Origin: a virus
Lineage: Duplodnaviria; Heunggongvirae; Uroviricota; Caudoviricetes
IMG/VR virus record: IMGVR_UViG_3300012942_000032
Location: 58,282-122,281 of that record
Strand: one strand, 5' to 3'
Length of the DNA stretch: 64,000 bases
Made by a program: the position numbers and the translations under genes. Below are positions 44,566 through 55,431 of the stretch, one piece after another. Position 1 is the stretch's first letter. Each line of letters starts with the position of its first letter. The notes under the pieces are model-generated. The model was not told the origin of the DNA, ran no database searches, and was given only the letters and a program-made list of their open reading frames with translations.

Positions 44566-46101
44566 ATGTCAGACAAGGTTAGTTCAAATATCAAACCGTA
44601 TCTGGTTTCTAGTCTGATTCAGACTCTTAGAAACAATCCTGCTCCAGGTTGGAAAAAGCTTACCCCTTATACTTTAGGTACGCAAGTATCTAATTCTGGT
44701 AAGGTATATGCAGCTATTCAAAATGGTGTCTCTGGAATTACTCCTCCTTCACAAAATTCTGGATTGTTTCTAGATGGAACAGTCCAATGGATCTATGTAG
44801 GTCAGATCAATAATCAATCAGATATTTCGAGTAATATCTACCTTGGAATTGGTGATATTGAAGAATGGGCGGATCCTAATAATCCAGATACTCCTACAAC
44901 TGGATCAGAGTCAGAATCGTTTGTCCTGAACAATCTAATTACTCTTATTAAAGTAACTCCTACCAATGTTCGTCTGGGTTTAAAAATCAATATCTGGACT
45001 GAAAATACTGTTTATTCTCAGTTTGATAGCTCTAAAGATCCTTCAGAATATGATTCTGCTCATCCTTTGTATGTTGTGATTGGATCAGATGTTTATAAGT
45101 GCATCGACAATGCTGAAGGTGCTCCTTCTACTGTAAAACCAACAGGAACATCACTGAATCTAATTCGTTTAGCAGACAAGTATGTCTGGAAGTATATGGG
45201 TTCAGTCTCTTCTTCAGATTCTGTAACTTTCCAGACTACTCAGTACATTCCGGTGGTCTACAAGACGTCTAATGATGGCTCAACTCAATGGGCTGTTCAG
45301 CAGGCTGCACTTGAAGGCTCATTGTCAACCTTTGGCGAGGTATTCTCAAACAATGAAGCTTTTACAACACCTTCTGTATCTATTCAAGGCTCTGGTAGTG
45401 GGGCTATTGCTGCTTTTGATTTGTCACCTTCTGGACTAATCCAGCATCTCTATATTACAAATCCTGGAACAGGTTATGATCAGAACACTTTTGCTATTGT
45501 AAAAGAAACTTCTGCTGCTGGTTCGGGTGCATCTGTAGATGTTCAAATTGCAGATGGTGTTGTTTCTATCAATGGCTCCGTAACTCCAGGCACGAATTAT
45601 GAAGAAGCTTGTCTAGTAATCATTGGTGATGGTTCTGGGGCAGTTGGTCAAGTTACTGTTGCAGGTGGACAGGTGACTAATGTAACGATTACGGATGGTG
45701 GTTCTGGATATACATGGGCAGAAGCATTTATTATTCCAGGTTCCGCCGGTGCAGTATCCCAGGCGATTTTAGCACCTCTGCAGGGACACGGAAGCAATAT
45801 CATCACAGAATTGTGTGCAAATACTCTTCTGATGTCATTTAAGATTACAAATAGTGATACAGATTATATTACTGATGTAGATTACAGACAAATTTCTCTT
45901 CTGAGTTCAATCCAACCTGATCAGAATTCTGTATCAAATGCTAATATGTTCATTGGACCATCACATCCAGAATATAATTCGTCAACCTCACTCAATAAGT
46001 ATAGTATCGGAAGTGGTTATATGCTCTATTTGAACAATGTTCCAGTGATTGAGCATACATACTCACAAGAAGAAACTCTAAAAATTGCGATTGAATTTTA
46101 A
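44566..46101 (+). CDS. structural protein with Ig-like GYT repeats (511 aa)
   Basis: Contains ITNPGTGYDQNTFAIV and VTITDGGSGYTWAEAFII. Confidence 0.55.
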   Translation: MSDKVSSNIKPYLVSSLIQTLRNNPAPGWKKLTPYTLGTQVSNSGKVYAAIQNGVSGITPPSQNSGLFLDGTVQWIYVGQINNQSDISSNIYLGIGDIEEWADPNNPDTPTTGSESESFVLNNLITLIKVTPTNVRLGLKINIWTENTVYSQFDSSKDPSEYDSAHPLYVVIGSDVYKCIDNAEGAPSTVKPTGTSLNLIRLADKYVWKYMGSVSSSDSVTFQTTQYIPVVYKTSNDGSTQWAVQQAALEGSLSTFGEVFSNNEAFTTPSVSIQGSGSGAIAAFDLSPSGLIQHLYITNPGTGYDQNTFAIVKETSAAGSGASVDVQIADGVVSINGSVTPGTNYEEACLVIIGDGSGAVGQVTVAGGQVTNVTITDGGSGYTWAEAFIIPGSAGAVSQAILAPLQGHGSNIITELCANTLLMSFKITNSDTDYITDVDYRQISLLSSIQPDQNSVSNANMFIGPSHPEYNSSTSLNKYSIGSGYMLYLNNVPVIEHTYSQEETLKIAIEF

Positions 46102-46110
46102 GGTGAAATA

Positions 46111-49100
46111 ATGTCCAGATTAGATCTAAATAGATCTCCTTATTTTGATGACTTCGATCCGTCGAAGAATTACATGCGTATCTTGTTTCGCCCTGGACGT
46201 CCAGTTCAAGGACGTGAACTGAACCAGATTCAAAGCACGCTTCAAAATCAAATTGAGCAGTTCGCAAACAACATCTTTAAGAATGGCTCTATCGTAAGTA
46301 ATGCTCGCAGTTCGCTGGTAGCTAAAGCTTACGCTCGTCTGATGGAAAATACCGCAGACACAAATGTCGTGGTTGATATTGAACAATTTGCAGAAGGTAC
46401 TCAACTTAAGGGCGATGTTTCTGGTATTACTGCTACCCTAGTAAAATCTGTGAATGCAGATTCTGTAGCTGGTGATCCTCCGACAATCTACATCGTTTAT
46501 ACTGGGACTGCTATTGATGGAAAAACATCTAGCTTTATTCCAGGTGAAACTGTCAGTGTTTATGATGAAAATAATCTACCAGTTTATAAGGTAACTGTTC
46601 GTTGTCCAAGCTGTCCTGGCTCATCTCTATCAGATACAATTCCACCTACCGGTTCAGGGCAAATCTTCACTGTAGATGAAGGTGTGTTCTATTACGAAGG
46701 AATGTTTGTTCAGTGTGCTCGTCAGGATATCATTGTTCTGAAGTACATGCTGAAGGATTCTGATGGAAACGTAACGAATAGCGTTCCGTGCAAACTAGGT
46801 CTAGATTTTGTTCAAAGCATTGTGACCTATGAAGATGATCCATCTCTTTTAGATCCTGCTCTTGGATATCCAAATAGTACAGCGCCAGGTGCTGATCGCT
46901 ATAAAGCAGACCTAGTACTGACAAAGAGATCATACGATGCCGAGGATGGTGATAATTTCATCCTGCTATGTCGTGTTGGCGATGGAATGACAATTGAGTA
47001 CATGAAGTCGGGCAGTGAATACTCGGCAATCATGGATGAAATTGCAAAGAGAACTTATGAAACTTCTGGTGATTACACTATTACTCCTTTCAAAGTTTCT
47101 TTCTATAATTCACTGAAGTCATCAGACACTGATACACTAGGTTGGTCAACAACTGGTGATGCTGATTCTTTGATTGCTCTTGTTACTCCTGCCACTGCTT
47201 ATGTGAAGGGTTATAGAGTACAAACGATTTCTAACACTCCTGTTCAGTTTAGAAAAGCGAGAGATACAAAGAAGATTGGATCTTTCATTAAGCGTTTCGA
47301 TGAAAGAACTTATGTGATGATGCAACCTAAGGGTTCCGCTGGAATCTGGCCTAATGCTGCGACAGATGTATCTTTGATTGGTTCTAATACTGTTACCATG
47401 TTTGATGGTCCAGTGGTAAGCAACTCTACAAGTGGCAATGCAATTGGTACATTCCAGGTTTCGGACATGGTTCTGGTTTCTGGAGATCCTACTCTTGGAA
47501 CTGCTACCTACAAATATTACATCTACAATCTGAATATCACTGTTGCAGGTAAGAAACTTTCAGATGCACAGAGCTTCGGAAACGCTGGATCTCAATTCGT
47601 TGCTGCCGCAGTAACGGATACTACTTCTGGTCTATTTGAACTTTACAATTCAAATCAAAGTGCTCTGATCTACAAGATTGATCGTGATAATATCAAGACT
47701 CTAAGAGATAACGACAATAATCAGAATGGTTCTATCAGCGTAATTGTTCGTAAGAAACTGACAGGTACTCTGAATAGCACAGGTTCGGTAACCTTTAACT
47801 CTACTACGAATGAATTTTACGAACCATTCGATAATACAATGATCGTCTATACCACGGATGGATCGGGTAATATCCATCCCGTGAACTTGCTTGCGAGCAT
47901 GGTAGATGATGATCCTACTGCTCTAACTCTAAATCTAGGAAGTGCATATCAAGGTCAAAGCGTTACAGTTCTGACAAGCGTCTTAATGACCAATCAGAAA
48001 GAAAAGACAAAGACTCTAACTGCAACTAGCTTCCAAACAAATACTGCTCCTAGCTTCAGTGTAGGCGATATCATTCCTCTAGGGAAGGGAGATGCTTGGG
48101 CTCTAACAAGTGTTCAAGTCATTAACCCTGCAGATGCGAATTTCACTCCTGTAGATGTCACTTCAGAATATTCGTTGAATACTAACATCAATGATTATGG
48201 TTATTTTGAGTCGACAATCACCAGAGTAAAAGCAGGTTCCTTGAGCCCTAACAGTAACTTCAGATTGCTGATTAGCTTTACCTATTTTGATCATTCTGGA
48301 ACTGCTGGTTACTTTACGATCGATTCTTATGCTTCAGCATTAAACGATCCTACAAGTGGTGTAACATACGAAAATCTACCTACCTATGTATCGAGTAATC
48401 AGACTTCATACCCAATTGCGTCTAGTTTTGATTTCCGTCCTTTAATTGTAGGAACCGACGCAATTAGTGCTCTGCCGCCTGCTAATGCAACGACAGCAAT
48501 TTTTGATATTGAATATTATCTGCCACGTACAGATCTTCTTCAGATTAACAAAGATGGTGTCTTGTATGTTAAGGAAGGTATCTCAAGCGAGAGCCCAGTA
48601 CCTCCTACAACTGATAATAATGCGATGGCTCTGTACCAAATTTGGCAGAAGCCTTATGTGTATTCATTGAATGATGTAAGCACCAAGTACATCGAGAACA
48701 AGCGTTACACCATGAGAGATATTGGTGGTCTAGAAAGCAGAATTGCAAATCTAGAATACTACACCTCTCTGACTCTACTTGAGCAGAGTGCAGCAAATAT
48801 GAGTATCAAGGATAGTAGTGGCCTTGATCGATTTAAGAATGGTTTCATTGCTGATAACTTCAGCGATTTCCAAGCTGCTGATCTAACAAACGTAGAATTC
48901 CGCGCCGCCGCCGATAGAACACAACAAGAACTTCGTGCTCAATTCAAGACACGTAACAAGAAGCTTGCTCTGAACATTCAGAAATCATTGAATGTAAAGA
49001 TGATGGGTAATGTTGCGATGCTTCCATTCACCGAAGTAGTGATTGATCAGAATCCTTATGCGACAACGCATCTGAGTATCAATCCATATTTCCAGTATTG

Positions 49101-51906
49101 TCAGCGAGGAACACTTGTTCTGTCACCTAACACTGATACTTGGACTAACGATACTGCTCTACCTAAGGTAACTGTGGATGTCGATACTGGTGTTCAAGCC
49201 TTCCAACAACTTGCGAATGCAACTGGTGTGTTAGGGACTGATTGGGGTTCATGGGTAGATCAGAACAGAACTATTCTGCAATCTTCATCTCAGAGCACTT
49301 CTACGGCAAATAATAATGGCGTAAAAACCACAACTGCTACAACAACCACGACAACTAATCTGGTTGCTACTACTTCGACAAGAACTGGTACTGCGACAAC
49401 CGTTGGTTCAAGAACTGATACCTACGATATCGGTGACGTTGTTAAGGATGTACAGATCATTCCTTACATGAGATCTGTTGTGGTAGAATTCTATGCTACA
49501 AAGATGAAGCCTAATACCATTGTGTATCCATTCTTTGATGGAACCGATGTATCTGCTAATTGCCGTAACACTGGATTCCAACTAACGTCTGCTAATGCTT
49601 CAACAAATGCTCAACTTGTCGCATATGGAAGTCCGTTAATCACTGATGGAAATGGCGAACTTCGTGGTGAATTTAAGATTCCTGATAACACATTCTTCAC
49701 TGGTGAAAAGACCTTTAAGCTGACTGATGATGAAACTAACTCAGGAAATCCTGATTTAGAATCAACTTCTGCAGATACTACATTCTTCTCAGGTGGTCTT
49801 GATGTTACAACTCAAGACACTACCTTGAATGTGATCAGCCCAACGTTCAACAAATCACAAGTTTCTCAAAGCAATACAACGACAACGACAGAAACAAGTC
49901 GTCAAACATCTGTTGTGACTACATTGAACCCTGATCCGATCTCACAGAAGTGTGGAAATATTCCAGAACATACTTCTTCTTTCAGAAAATGTTCGTGTGC
50001 TATTAGCCCATCTTCATGGCAATGTCATGATCCTGTAGCCCAAGGTCTGCAAACGACTTCTGAAATGGTTGTGACCGCAGTAGGTGTATTCTTTAAAGCT
50101 GCCGATCCTATCGGTGATAGCTTGTTCTTACAGATTCGTGATATGGTAAATGGTTATCCTGGTCAGAATATCCTAGCCCAGAAGAACTTTACTTCAAGCG
50201 ATCTTCAGTTATACATTTCTGATGATTCTGCAAAGGAATTTAAGGTAACATTTGATACACCTGTGTACCTAGAAGGAAATAGTCAGTATTGTTTTGTGGT
50301 AGGTGGTTACTCACCTAATACTAGAATTTGGATCTCTACTCTTGGTCAAGAAGTAGTGAACATGCCTGGTACAATTGTTCAAGAATCTCCAACTGGTCAA
50401 TCAAGTTTCCGTTCTTTAAATGGTGATACCTGGAATGCTGAACAGACTCAAGAGATCAAGTACAATCTATATGCGGCTAATTTCACAGAAAACACAATGA
50501 CACTTGTGTTTGAGAATAGCCAAGATATGAACACCTGGCCTCTAGATGATAATCCGTTTGAATTTGAATCTGGAAGCAATCAGATGCGTGTGTATGCACG
50601 TGATCATGGATTTACTGAAAATGATCGTATTAGTATTTCTCTATTTGATGATCAAACGATCTCAATCCAAGCGACGGATTTCCCACCTCAAGTAGGTCAA
50701 ACAATCCATACGATTACAGGTCACGCAATAATCGCGAGTGTAACACCTGATCCTTCATCTGGAGCAAATTACTACAAGATCACTGTCAATCAGTCTTATG
50801 GTTTATTCCTAAATGGTCAACAATACACCGCAGATCCTATGAACAAGACAGTAAGAGACAATTATCTTGTTACTGCAATTGGTTCTGTGAAACCAGCAAG
50901 TTACCAATTGAATGAATGCTTCGGTTACTTCCGTCAAGATGCCTATACGAACAAGTATCCGGGTGGAAGCCTTGCAGGTATTCCTCTAGATCAGATCAAT
51001 ACTCAATTGATTGTAACTGCGGTTGATAGCCAAGACACATTCATCGTTCAACTTTCAAGTGTTGCAAATGTTTCTGGCCGTTACGGTGGAACTGGTGTTG
51101 TTTCATACGATTTCAACGAAAAATATGATGTGTTCAACATTTCAGGTGCCCGTACTGCTTACAGAGCAACAGAAAACTGGACAATGACAGGTATTGGACA
51201 CGGAAAGACTTCTAGCCCATTTGCAAGTTCTAATTATGCTCAGCAACCTGCAATCAGTTTCACAATTGGTGAAGACCGTTACATGGACCAGCCGTTCAAG
51301 ATTGCTTCTGCAAATAACGAGCAAAGAGTTCTTGGTTCTGATGGTAAATCTGTAGCGGTTCAATGCGTATTCAGTTCTGCTGGTAATGCAGTATCGCCTA
51401 TGGTAAACTGCGACACATTTAGCATCACAACAATCAGTAACAGAACAGAATGGATTGATGCAGCATCATACAATGTGGCACCTAATGCTACAGGTAGATT
51501 GATTGCTGAAACTGATGGTTATAGAGGTGTTGAATCATATAAGTACGTTACACGAAACATTTTGCTTCAAAACCCAGCAAATGATTTGTATATCTATTTT
51601 GACGTTTATAAGGATCTAAACGCTGATTTTGATGTATACGTTAAGCGCACTTCGGTTTATGATAACAGAAATGTAGATGATATTCCTTGGTTGTTAGTTG
51701 ATCAACTCGATAAATCACATTCATCAGTTGATTTGACAGATAGAGTTGAATATACAGTTCAATGTTCACAAGCAATCTCGGATTGGTTAGATACAAATGG
51801 TGAACCAGAACCTTTCACAGCTTTCAAGATCAAGCTTGTAGGACGTGCAAAGAATTCAGCTCATCCTGTATTGTTTGCAAATCTACGCGGTATTGCGGTA
51901 ACGTAA
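46111..51906 (+). CDS. giant virion structural protein (1931 aa), probably a fibre/baseplate-associated protein
   Basis: I recall the N-terminal YFDDFDPSKNYMRILFRPGRPVQGRELNQIQ motif from giant structural proteins of marine T4-like phages, but cannot confirm it here. Thr-rich linkers (TTATTTTTTN) suggest a multi-domain fibre. Confidence 0.6.
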   Translation: MSRLDLNRSPYFDDFDPSKNYMRILFRPGRPVQGRELNQIQSTLQNQIEQFANNIFKNGSIVSNARSSLVAKAYARLMENTADTNVVVDIEQFAEGTQLKGDVSGITATLVKSVNADSVAGDPPTIYIVYTGTAIDGKTSSFIPGETVSVYDENNLPVYKVTVRCPSCPGSSLSDTIPPTGSGQIFTVDEGVFYYEGMFVQCARQDIIVLKYMLKDSDGNVTNSVPCKLGLDFVQSIVTYEDDPSLLDPALGYPNSTAPGADRYKADLVLTKRSYDAEDGDNFILLCRVGDGMTIEYMKSGSEYSAIMDEIAKRTYETSGDYTITPFKVSFYNSLKSSDTDTLGWSTTGDADSLIALVTPATAYVKGYRVQTISNTPVQFRKARDTKKIGSFIKRFDERTYVMMQPKGSAGIWPNAATDVSLIGSNTVTMFDGPVVSNSTSGNAIGTFQVSDMVLVSGDPTLGTATYKYYIYNLNITVAGKKLSDAQSFGNAGSQFVAAAVTDTTSGLFELYNSNQSALIYKIDRDNIKTLRDNDNNQNGSISVIVRKKLTGTLNSTGSVTFNSTTNEFYEPFDNTMIVYTTDGSGNIHPVNLLASMVDDDPTALTLNLGSAYQGQSVTVLTSVLMTNQKEKTKTLTATSFQTNTAPSFSVGDIIPLGKGDAWALTSVQVINPADANFTPVDVTSEYSLNTNINDYGYFESTITRVKAGSLSPNSNFRLLISFTYFDHSGTAGYFTIDSYASALNDPTSGVTYENLPTYVSSNQTSYPIASSFDFRPLIVGTDAISALPPANATTAIFDIEYYLPRTDLLQINKDGVLYVKEGISSESPVPPTTDNNAMALYQIWQKPYVYSLNDVSTKYIENKRYTMRDIGGLESRIANLEYYTSLTLLEQSAANMSIKDSSGLDRFKNGFIADNFSDFQAADLTNVEFRAAADRTQQELRAQFKTRNKKLALNIQKSLNVKMMGNVAMLPFTEVVIDQNPYATTHLSINPYFQYCQRGTLVLSPNTDTWTNDTALPKVTVDVDTGVQAFQQLANATGVLGTDWGSWVDQNRTILQSSSQSTSTANNNGVKTTTATTTTTTNLVATTSTRTGTATTVGSRTDTYDIGDVVKDVQIIPYMRSVVVEFYATKMKPNTIVYPFFDGTDVSANCRNTGFQLTSANASTNAQLVAYGSPLITDGNGELRGEFKIPDNTFFTGEKTFKLTDDETNSGNPDLESTSADTTFFSGGLDVTTQDTTLNVISPTFNKSQVSQSNTTTTTETSRQTSVVTTLNPDPISQKCGNIPEHTSSFRKCSCAISPSSWQCHDPVAQGLQTTSEMVVTAVGVFFKAADPIGDSLFLQIRDMVNGYPGQNILAQKNFTSSDLQLYISDDSAKEFKVTFDTPVYLEGNSQYCFVVGGYSPNTRIWISTLGQEVVNMPGTIVQESPTGQSSFRSLNGDTWNAEQTQEIKYNLYAANFTENTMTLVFENSQDMNTWPLDDNPFEFESGSNQMRVYARDHGFTENDRISISLFDDQTISIQATDFPPQVGQTIHTITGHAIIASVTPDPSSGANYYKITVNQSYGLFLNGQQYTADPMNKTVRDNYLVTAIGSVKPASYQLNECFGYFRQDAYTNKYPGGSLAGIPLDQINTQLIVTAVDSQDTFIVQLSSVANVSGRYGGTGVVSYDFNEKYDVFNISGARTAYRATENWTMTGIGHGKTSSPFASSNYAQQPAISFTIGEDRYMDQPFKIASANNEQRVLGSDGKSVAVQCVFSSAGNAVSPMVNCDTFSITTISNRTEWIDAASYNVAPNATGRLIAETDGYRGVESYKYVTRNILLQNPANDLYIYFDVYKDLNADFDVYVKRTSVYDNRNVDDIPWLLVDQLDKSHSSVDLTDRVEYTVQCSQAISDWLDTNGEPEPFTAFKIKLVGRAKNSAHPVLFANLRGIAVT

Positions 51907-52103
51907 TGAAAGAAAAAGTTCGAGATTATCCAGGTCTGGTTAAAGTTGATAGAGCCTTTGTAGTCAATACAAACGATACTGAATACAGAAAAGCTCTTGC
52001 AAGGAACAAACAACAAAAGAAGTTAGAGGGCATGGATGCCCGCTTGACTTCCTTAGAAGGAAAATTGGATCAAATCCTATCACTCTTAGGAGCAGGTAAA
52101 TGA
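51906..52103 (+). CDS. hypothetical small protein (65 aa)
   Basis: ORF track; lies between the giant gene and gp13. Confidence 0.45.
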   Translation: MKEKVRDYPGLVKVDRAFVVNTNDTEYRKALARNKQQKKLEGMDARLTSLEGKLDQILSLLGAGK

Positions 52104-52366
52104 CTTCTACAAACCCTAACTGGGCAGAAATGTCCGACGATTTAAAAATCATCGAAATGATGGCGGACGGTTTTGACCACGTGGATACTAAGATTCAAGC
52201 AATTACTCAGGATATCCAAGATATCAGAGAATCGTTATCTAGTCTAGAGACAATGTTAGGTGATCCTTCTAGATTAAATGATAAGAGTATTGTTGACACT
52301 CTAAATACAATTGTAGAAATGCTTGAAACTACTCAAGCGAATGTGTCAGCTTCTCAACAGAAATAA
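52100..52366 (+). CDS. hypothetical small acidic coiled-coil protein (88 aa)
   Basis: ORF track. Confidence 0.45.
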   Translation: MTSTNPNWAEMSDDLKIIEMMADGFDHVDTKIQAITQDIQDIRESLSSLETMLGDPSRLNDKSIVDTLNTIVEMLETTQANVSASQQK

Positions 52367-52374
52367 GGTAGATT

Positions 52375-53121
52375 ATGGCTGTTACCAGAATTACATCTAG
52401 AGATCAGCTAAAGGACTATGCGCTTAGGGCTCTTGGTGCACCTGTTCTTCAGATCAATGTAGATGACAACCAGCTTGAAGATAGAATTGATGATGCACTG
52501 GATATGTTCTGGGAATATCATGCTGATGGTGCTATCCGCACTTTTGTGAAATACGAACTAACCCAAGATGATTTTGATAGAGAATATCTTCAGTTACCTG
52601 ATGGTATTTTATCTGTTATGAGAGTTCTGTCCGTTGATAATCAGAAAGCTTTGATTAATCTGCAATATCAGATGTTCATTACAGATATCATGAATATCAA
52701 ACAGATCACAACTGGCGGTATTAACGGATATGTTCTGACAAATAGCTATCTGAATATGATTAATGATTTCTTTTCTTATGAAAGAGTCGTTAGTTTTAAC
52801 AAGCATCGAGATCAATTAAGAATTGATACTGATTGGTCAACCTATAATGTAGGCGATATTCTTCTTGTTGAGTGTTATATCATTCAAAATCCAGAAGAAT
52901 ATGGTGAGACCTACAACAATTATTGGTTAAAACAGTATGTGATTGCCCTATTCAAGAAGCAATGGGGTCAGAATTTAATGAAATTCTCAGGTGTCAACTT
53001 ACCTGGTAACATTCAGGTAAATGGCAGAGAGATTTACGAAGAAGCTAAAGATGAAGTCAAGGATCTAGAAGATCGTTTGAGAAACGAATTTCAATATCCT
53101 TGCGATTTTTTTATCGGTTGA
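52375..53121 (+). CDS. 13: neck protein gp13-like
   Basis: ALRALGAPVLQINVDDNQLEDRIDDALDMFWEYHADG aligns with the T4 gp13 [37 protein letters not shown]. Confidence 0.75.
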   Translation: MAVTRITSRDQLKDYALRALGAPVLQINVDDNQLEDRIDDALDMFWEYHADGAIRTFVKYELTQDDFDREYLQLPDGILSVMRVLSVDNQKALINLQYQMFITDIMNIKQITTGGINGYVLTNSYLNMINDFFSYERVVSFNKHRDQLRIDTDWSTYNVGDILLVECYIIQNPEEYGETYNNYWLKQYVIALFKKQWGQNLMKFSGVNLPGNIQVNGREIYEEAKDEVKDLEDRLRNEFQYPCDFFIG

Positions 53122-53136
53122 TGCGAGTAATTCTTA

Positions 53137-53769
53137 ATGGCCACGAATAAGTATTTCAACCGATTAAAGCAAACTTCAGAACAAGATCTTTTTGAAGATA
53201 TGGTAATTGAATCCATCCAACAATCTGGTGTGGATGTTTGGTATATCCCAAGAGAAAATCTAGAAGTTGATCCTATTTTAGGTGAACCTACACAATCTAC
53301 TTTCAGAGAAGCTTTCTTGATTGAAGCATATCTTCCTGAAGGTGGACAAATGGATGGTCAACAAAATCTGATGTCTAAGTTTGGTTTTAGAATGAATCAA
53401 ACTATTGATATGATCATTTCTAAGAGACGTTGGGCTGAAATTGGAACTGGATTTCCTCGTCCACGTGAAGGTGATCTAATCTATATTGGGGATTCTCAGA
53501 ATTCATATTCTTCATTCTTGAACACATTCTTTGAGATCAATCAGGTCTGGTACACAAATCCTGACTGGCAATTTGGTCGTCATTTCACATACAAGATGAT
53601 GTGCGAAGTCTTTACCTACTCTTATGAGAAGTTTCAGACTGGTGTTACGACCATTGATGATATGCAGCTTCCAAATATGGACATTGTAGACATGGCGATC
53701 AATGAAGCCTTAGAGCAACAAAAGCCGTCTGTAGTGATTGACAAAAGCAATCCTTTTGGTGATTTCTAA
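53137..53769 (+). CDS. 14: neck protein gp14-like
   Basis: Position between gp13 and gp15; size compatible. Confidence 0.55.
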   Translation: MATNKYFNRLKQTSEQDLFEDMVIESIQQSGVDVWYIPRENLEVDPILGEPTQSTFREAFLIEAYLPEGGQMDGQQNLMSKFGFRMNQTIDMIISKRRWAEIGTGFPRPREGDLIYIGDSQNSYSSFLNTFFEINQVWYTNPDWQFGRHFTYKMMCEVFTYSYEKFQTGVTTIDDMQLPNMDIVDMAINEALEQQKPSVVIDKSNPFGDF

Positions 53770-54512
53770 TGGTAAGAAATATCTTCTATTATGGCACTAC
53801 AAAAAAGATCATCGTCGGATTTGCATCTTGTTTCGATGATATTCGTTATGTAGATGGTCATGGACAAACTATCTTGGTTCCTATCCATTATTCGCCTAAA
53901 GAAAAATTCATTGAATTGATCCAAGCAAATCCTGATTTTGACAATACGAATTTTGATATTACTCTACCTCAGATGGGTTTTGAGATTACAGATATCAAAT
54001 TTGATTCATCACGACATACAAATCCATTGTCAAAAATTGATGATGTAGATTCTACTTCTGGCGAACAATATATGTTCAACAGAGTACCTTACAATTTTGA
54101 AGTTAGCCTTTACATTGCAGCAAGAAGATTTGAAGATTCCTTGAAGATTGTGGAACAAATTATTCCTTTCTTTACGCCCGAATTAACAATTACGATCAAT
54201 GATAAAGAAGATTATAATCTTCAGACGAATGTTCCTATCATTTTAAATGATGCTCAATTCGACATTGATTATGAAGGTTCGTTCAATACCAAGAGAACCA
54301 TTACTTGGACTTTGAATTTTACAGTGAAAGGATTTTATTACTCAAATCCAAGAGATGCAAAGCGTATTAAGCAATCAATTGTTGAATTGCATAACGAAGA
54401 TTTCGATCGTTATTTCACAAAATATACGGCAACTGTAGATCCATTTGAAGCTACTCCATCTGAACCGCATACTATTGTAGAAACTACTGAAACGGTATTA
54501 AATGATGACTGA
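53769..54512 (+). CDS. 15: tail sheath stabilizer/completion protein gp15-like
   Basis: VPIHYSPKEKF and IVEQIIPFFTPE motifs match T4 gp15 (VPITYASKEHF, IVEQILPYFQP). Confidence 0.75.
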   Translation: MVRNIFYYGTTKKIIVGFASCFDDIRYVDGHGQTILVPIHYSPKEKFIELIQANPDFDNTNFDITLPQMGFEITDIKFDSSRHTNPLSKIDDVDSTSGEQYMFNRVPYNFEVSLYIAARRFEDSLKIVEQIIPFFTPELTITINDKEDYNLQTNVPIILNDAQFDIDYEGSFNTKRTITWTLNFTVKGFYYSNPRDAKRIKQSIVELHNEDFDRYFTKYTATVDPFEATPSEPHTIVETTETVLNDD

Positions 54513-54966
54513 TGCAATCTCAAAATCACTAGGTGTTGCTGAACCTAAGCAATTGATGTCTGCAGAAACAGAAGTCGCACGAGTGACCGATGTAACAAGA
54601 ACCCTTGTTGATGCAAAGAAGGAAAATCAAACTTCTGATTATGAAGATGCAAGAACTAATATCAAGTCTATCATTAAAGACTCTATGTCATTAGTTCCTG
54701 ATCTAGTTAATCTGACCAGAGAAGCATATAGTGATAAGATGTATAAAGCTGCTGCTGAATTCCTTGCTACTTTAGCAGATCTAAATGTTTCTCTAGTAGG
54801 TTTATCGGAAACAAAAGAAGTTTCTTCTTCGCAAAAAATTAAACCTGAAGAATCTAAACCTCAAGAAAAACGTGAAGTTAAGGTCTTCATTGGAACTACA
54901 GAAGAGATGCTAGACCGAGTTTCTTCACAAGAGAAGTTGCCTGTCCAAATTCAAGACAATGTTTAA
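54502..54966 (+). CDS. 16: terminase small subunit gp16-like
   Basis: Acidic protein of about 154 aa immediately upstream of the large terminase, as in T4-like order. Confidence 0.5.
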   Translation: MMTDAISKSLGVAEPKQLMSAETEVARVTDVTRTLVDAKKENQTSDYEDARTNIKSIIKDSMSLVPDLVNLTREAYSDKMYKAAAEFLATLADLNVSLVGLSETKEVSSSQKIKPEESKPQEKREVKVFIGTTEEMLDRVSSQEKLPVQIQDNV

Positions 54967-55431
54967 GGGATGGGTTACTCAATCCCATTAGCTCCCTTGT
55001 GACGATACTAGATCGTTCAGTTATTTGCTTTTCTTCCCAGAAAAGCTCACTAGCGACAGGAGCTCATTTTCTCGTCAGAGTTTCATTACTATCCTGTCTG
55101 TCAGTCTCATGCAATCCCAGTTCGGCTGGCACCTGAAAATTGCATTACCTAACACGTTTCAAACGGTTAGTCTGACACCTTTGTCGGAGATATAATCTCC
55201 CTAGCATATAGATGATGACTAGTAACCTGTCTATATACTACCCGTTTCGGTAAAACCCTAATGGTGCAAGCGGGGTTTCATCTGTTGGCTGCGCTACTCC
55301 GGGTCACTCCGTTAACTTTTGGGCTCGGACGAGTGATGAGTTTCTTAAATATTCTAGTCTTTCAGTCTTTAAACAGGAGCAATGCTAACTTCTAATCATG
55401 CGTTTGCATAGTCTGAGTTAGATAATGTATC

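Noticed and set aside
54967-55431. Group I/II intron splitting the terminase genes
   Set aside because: gp16 and gp17 both appear full-length and independently initiated. No P/Q/R/S or domain V-like elements are recognisable by eye. Left as an unexplained structured gap.
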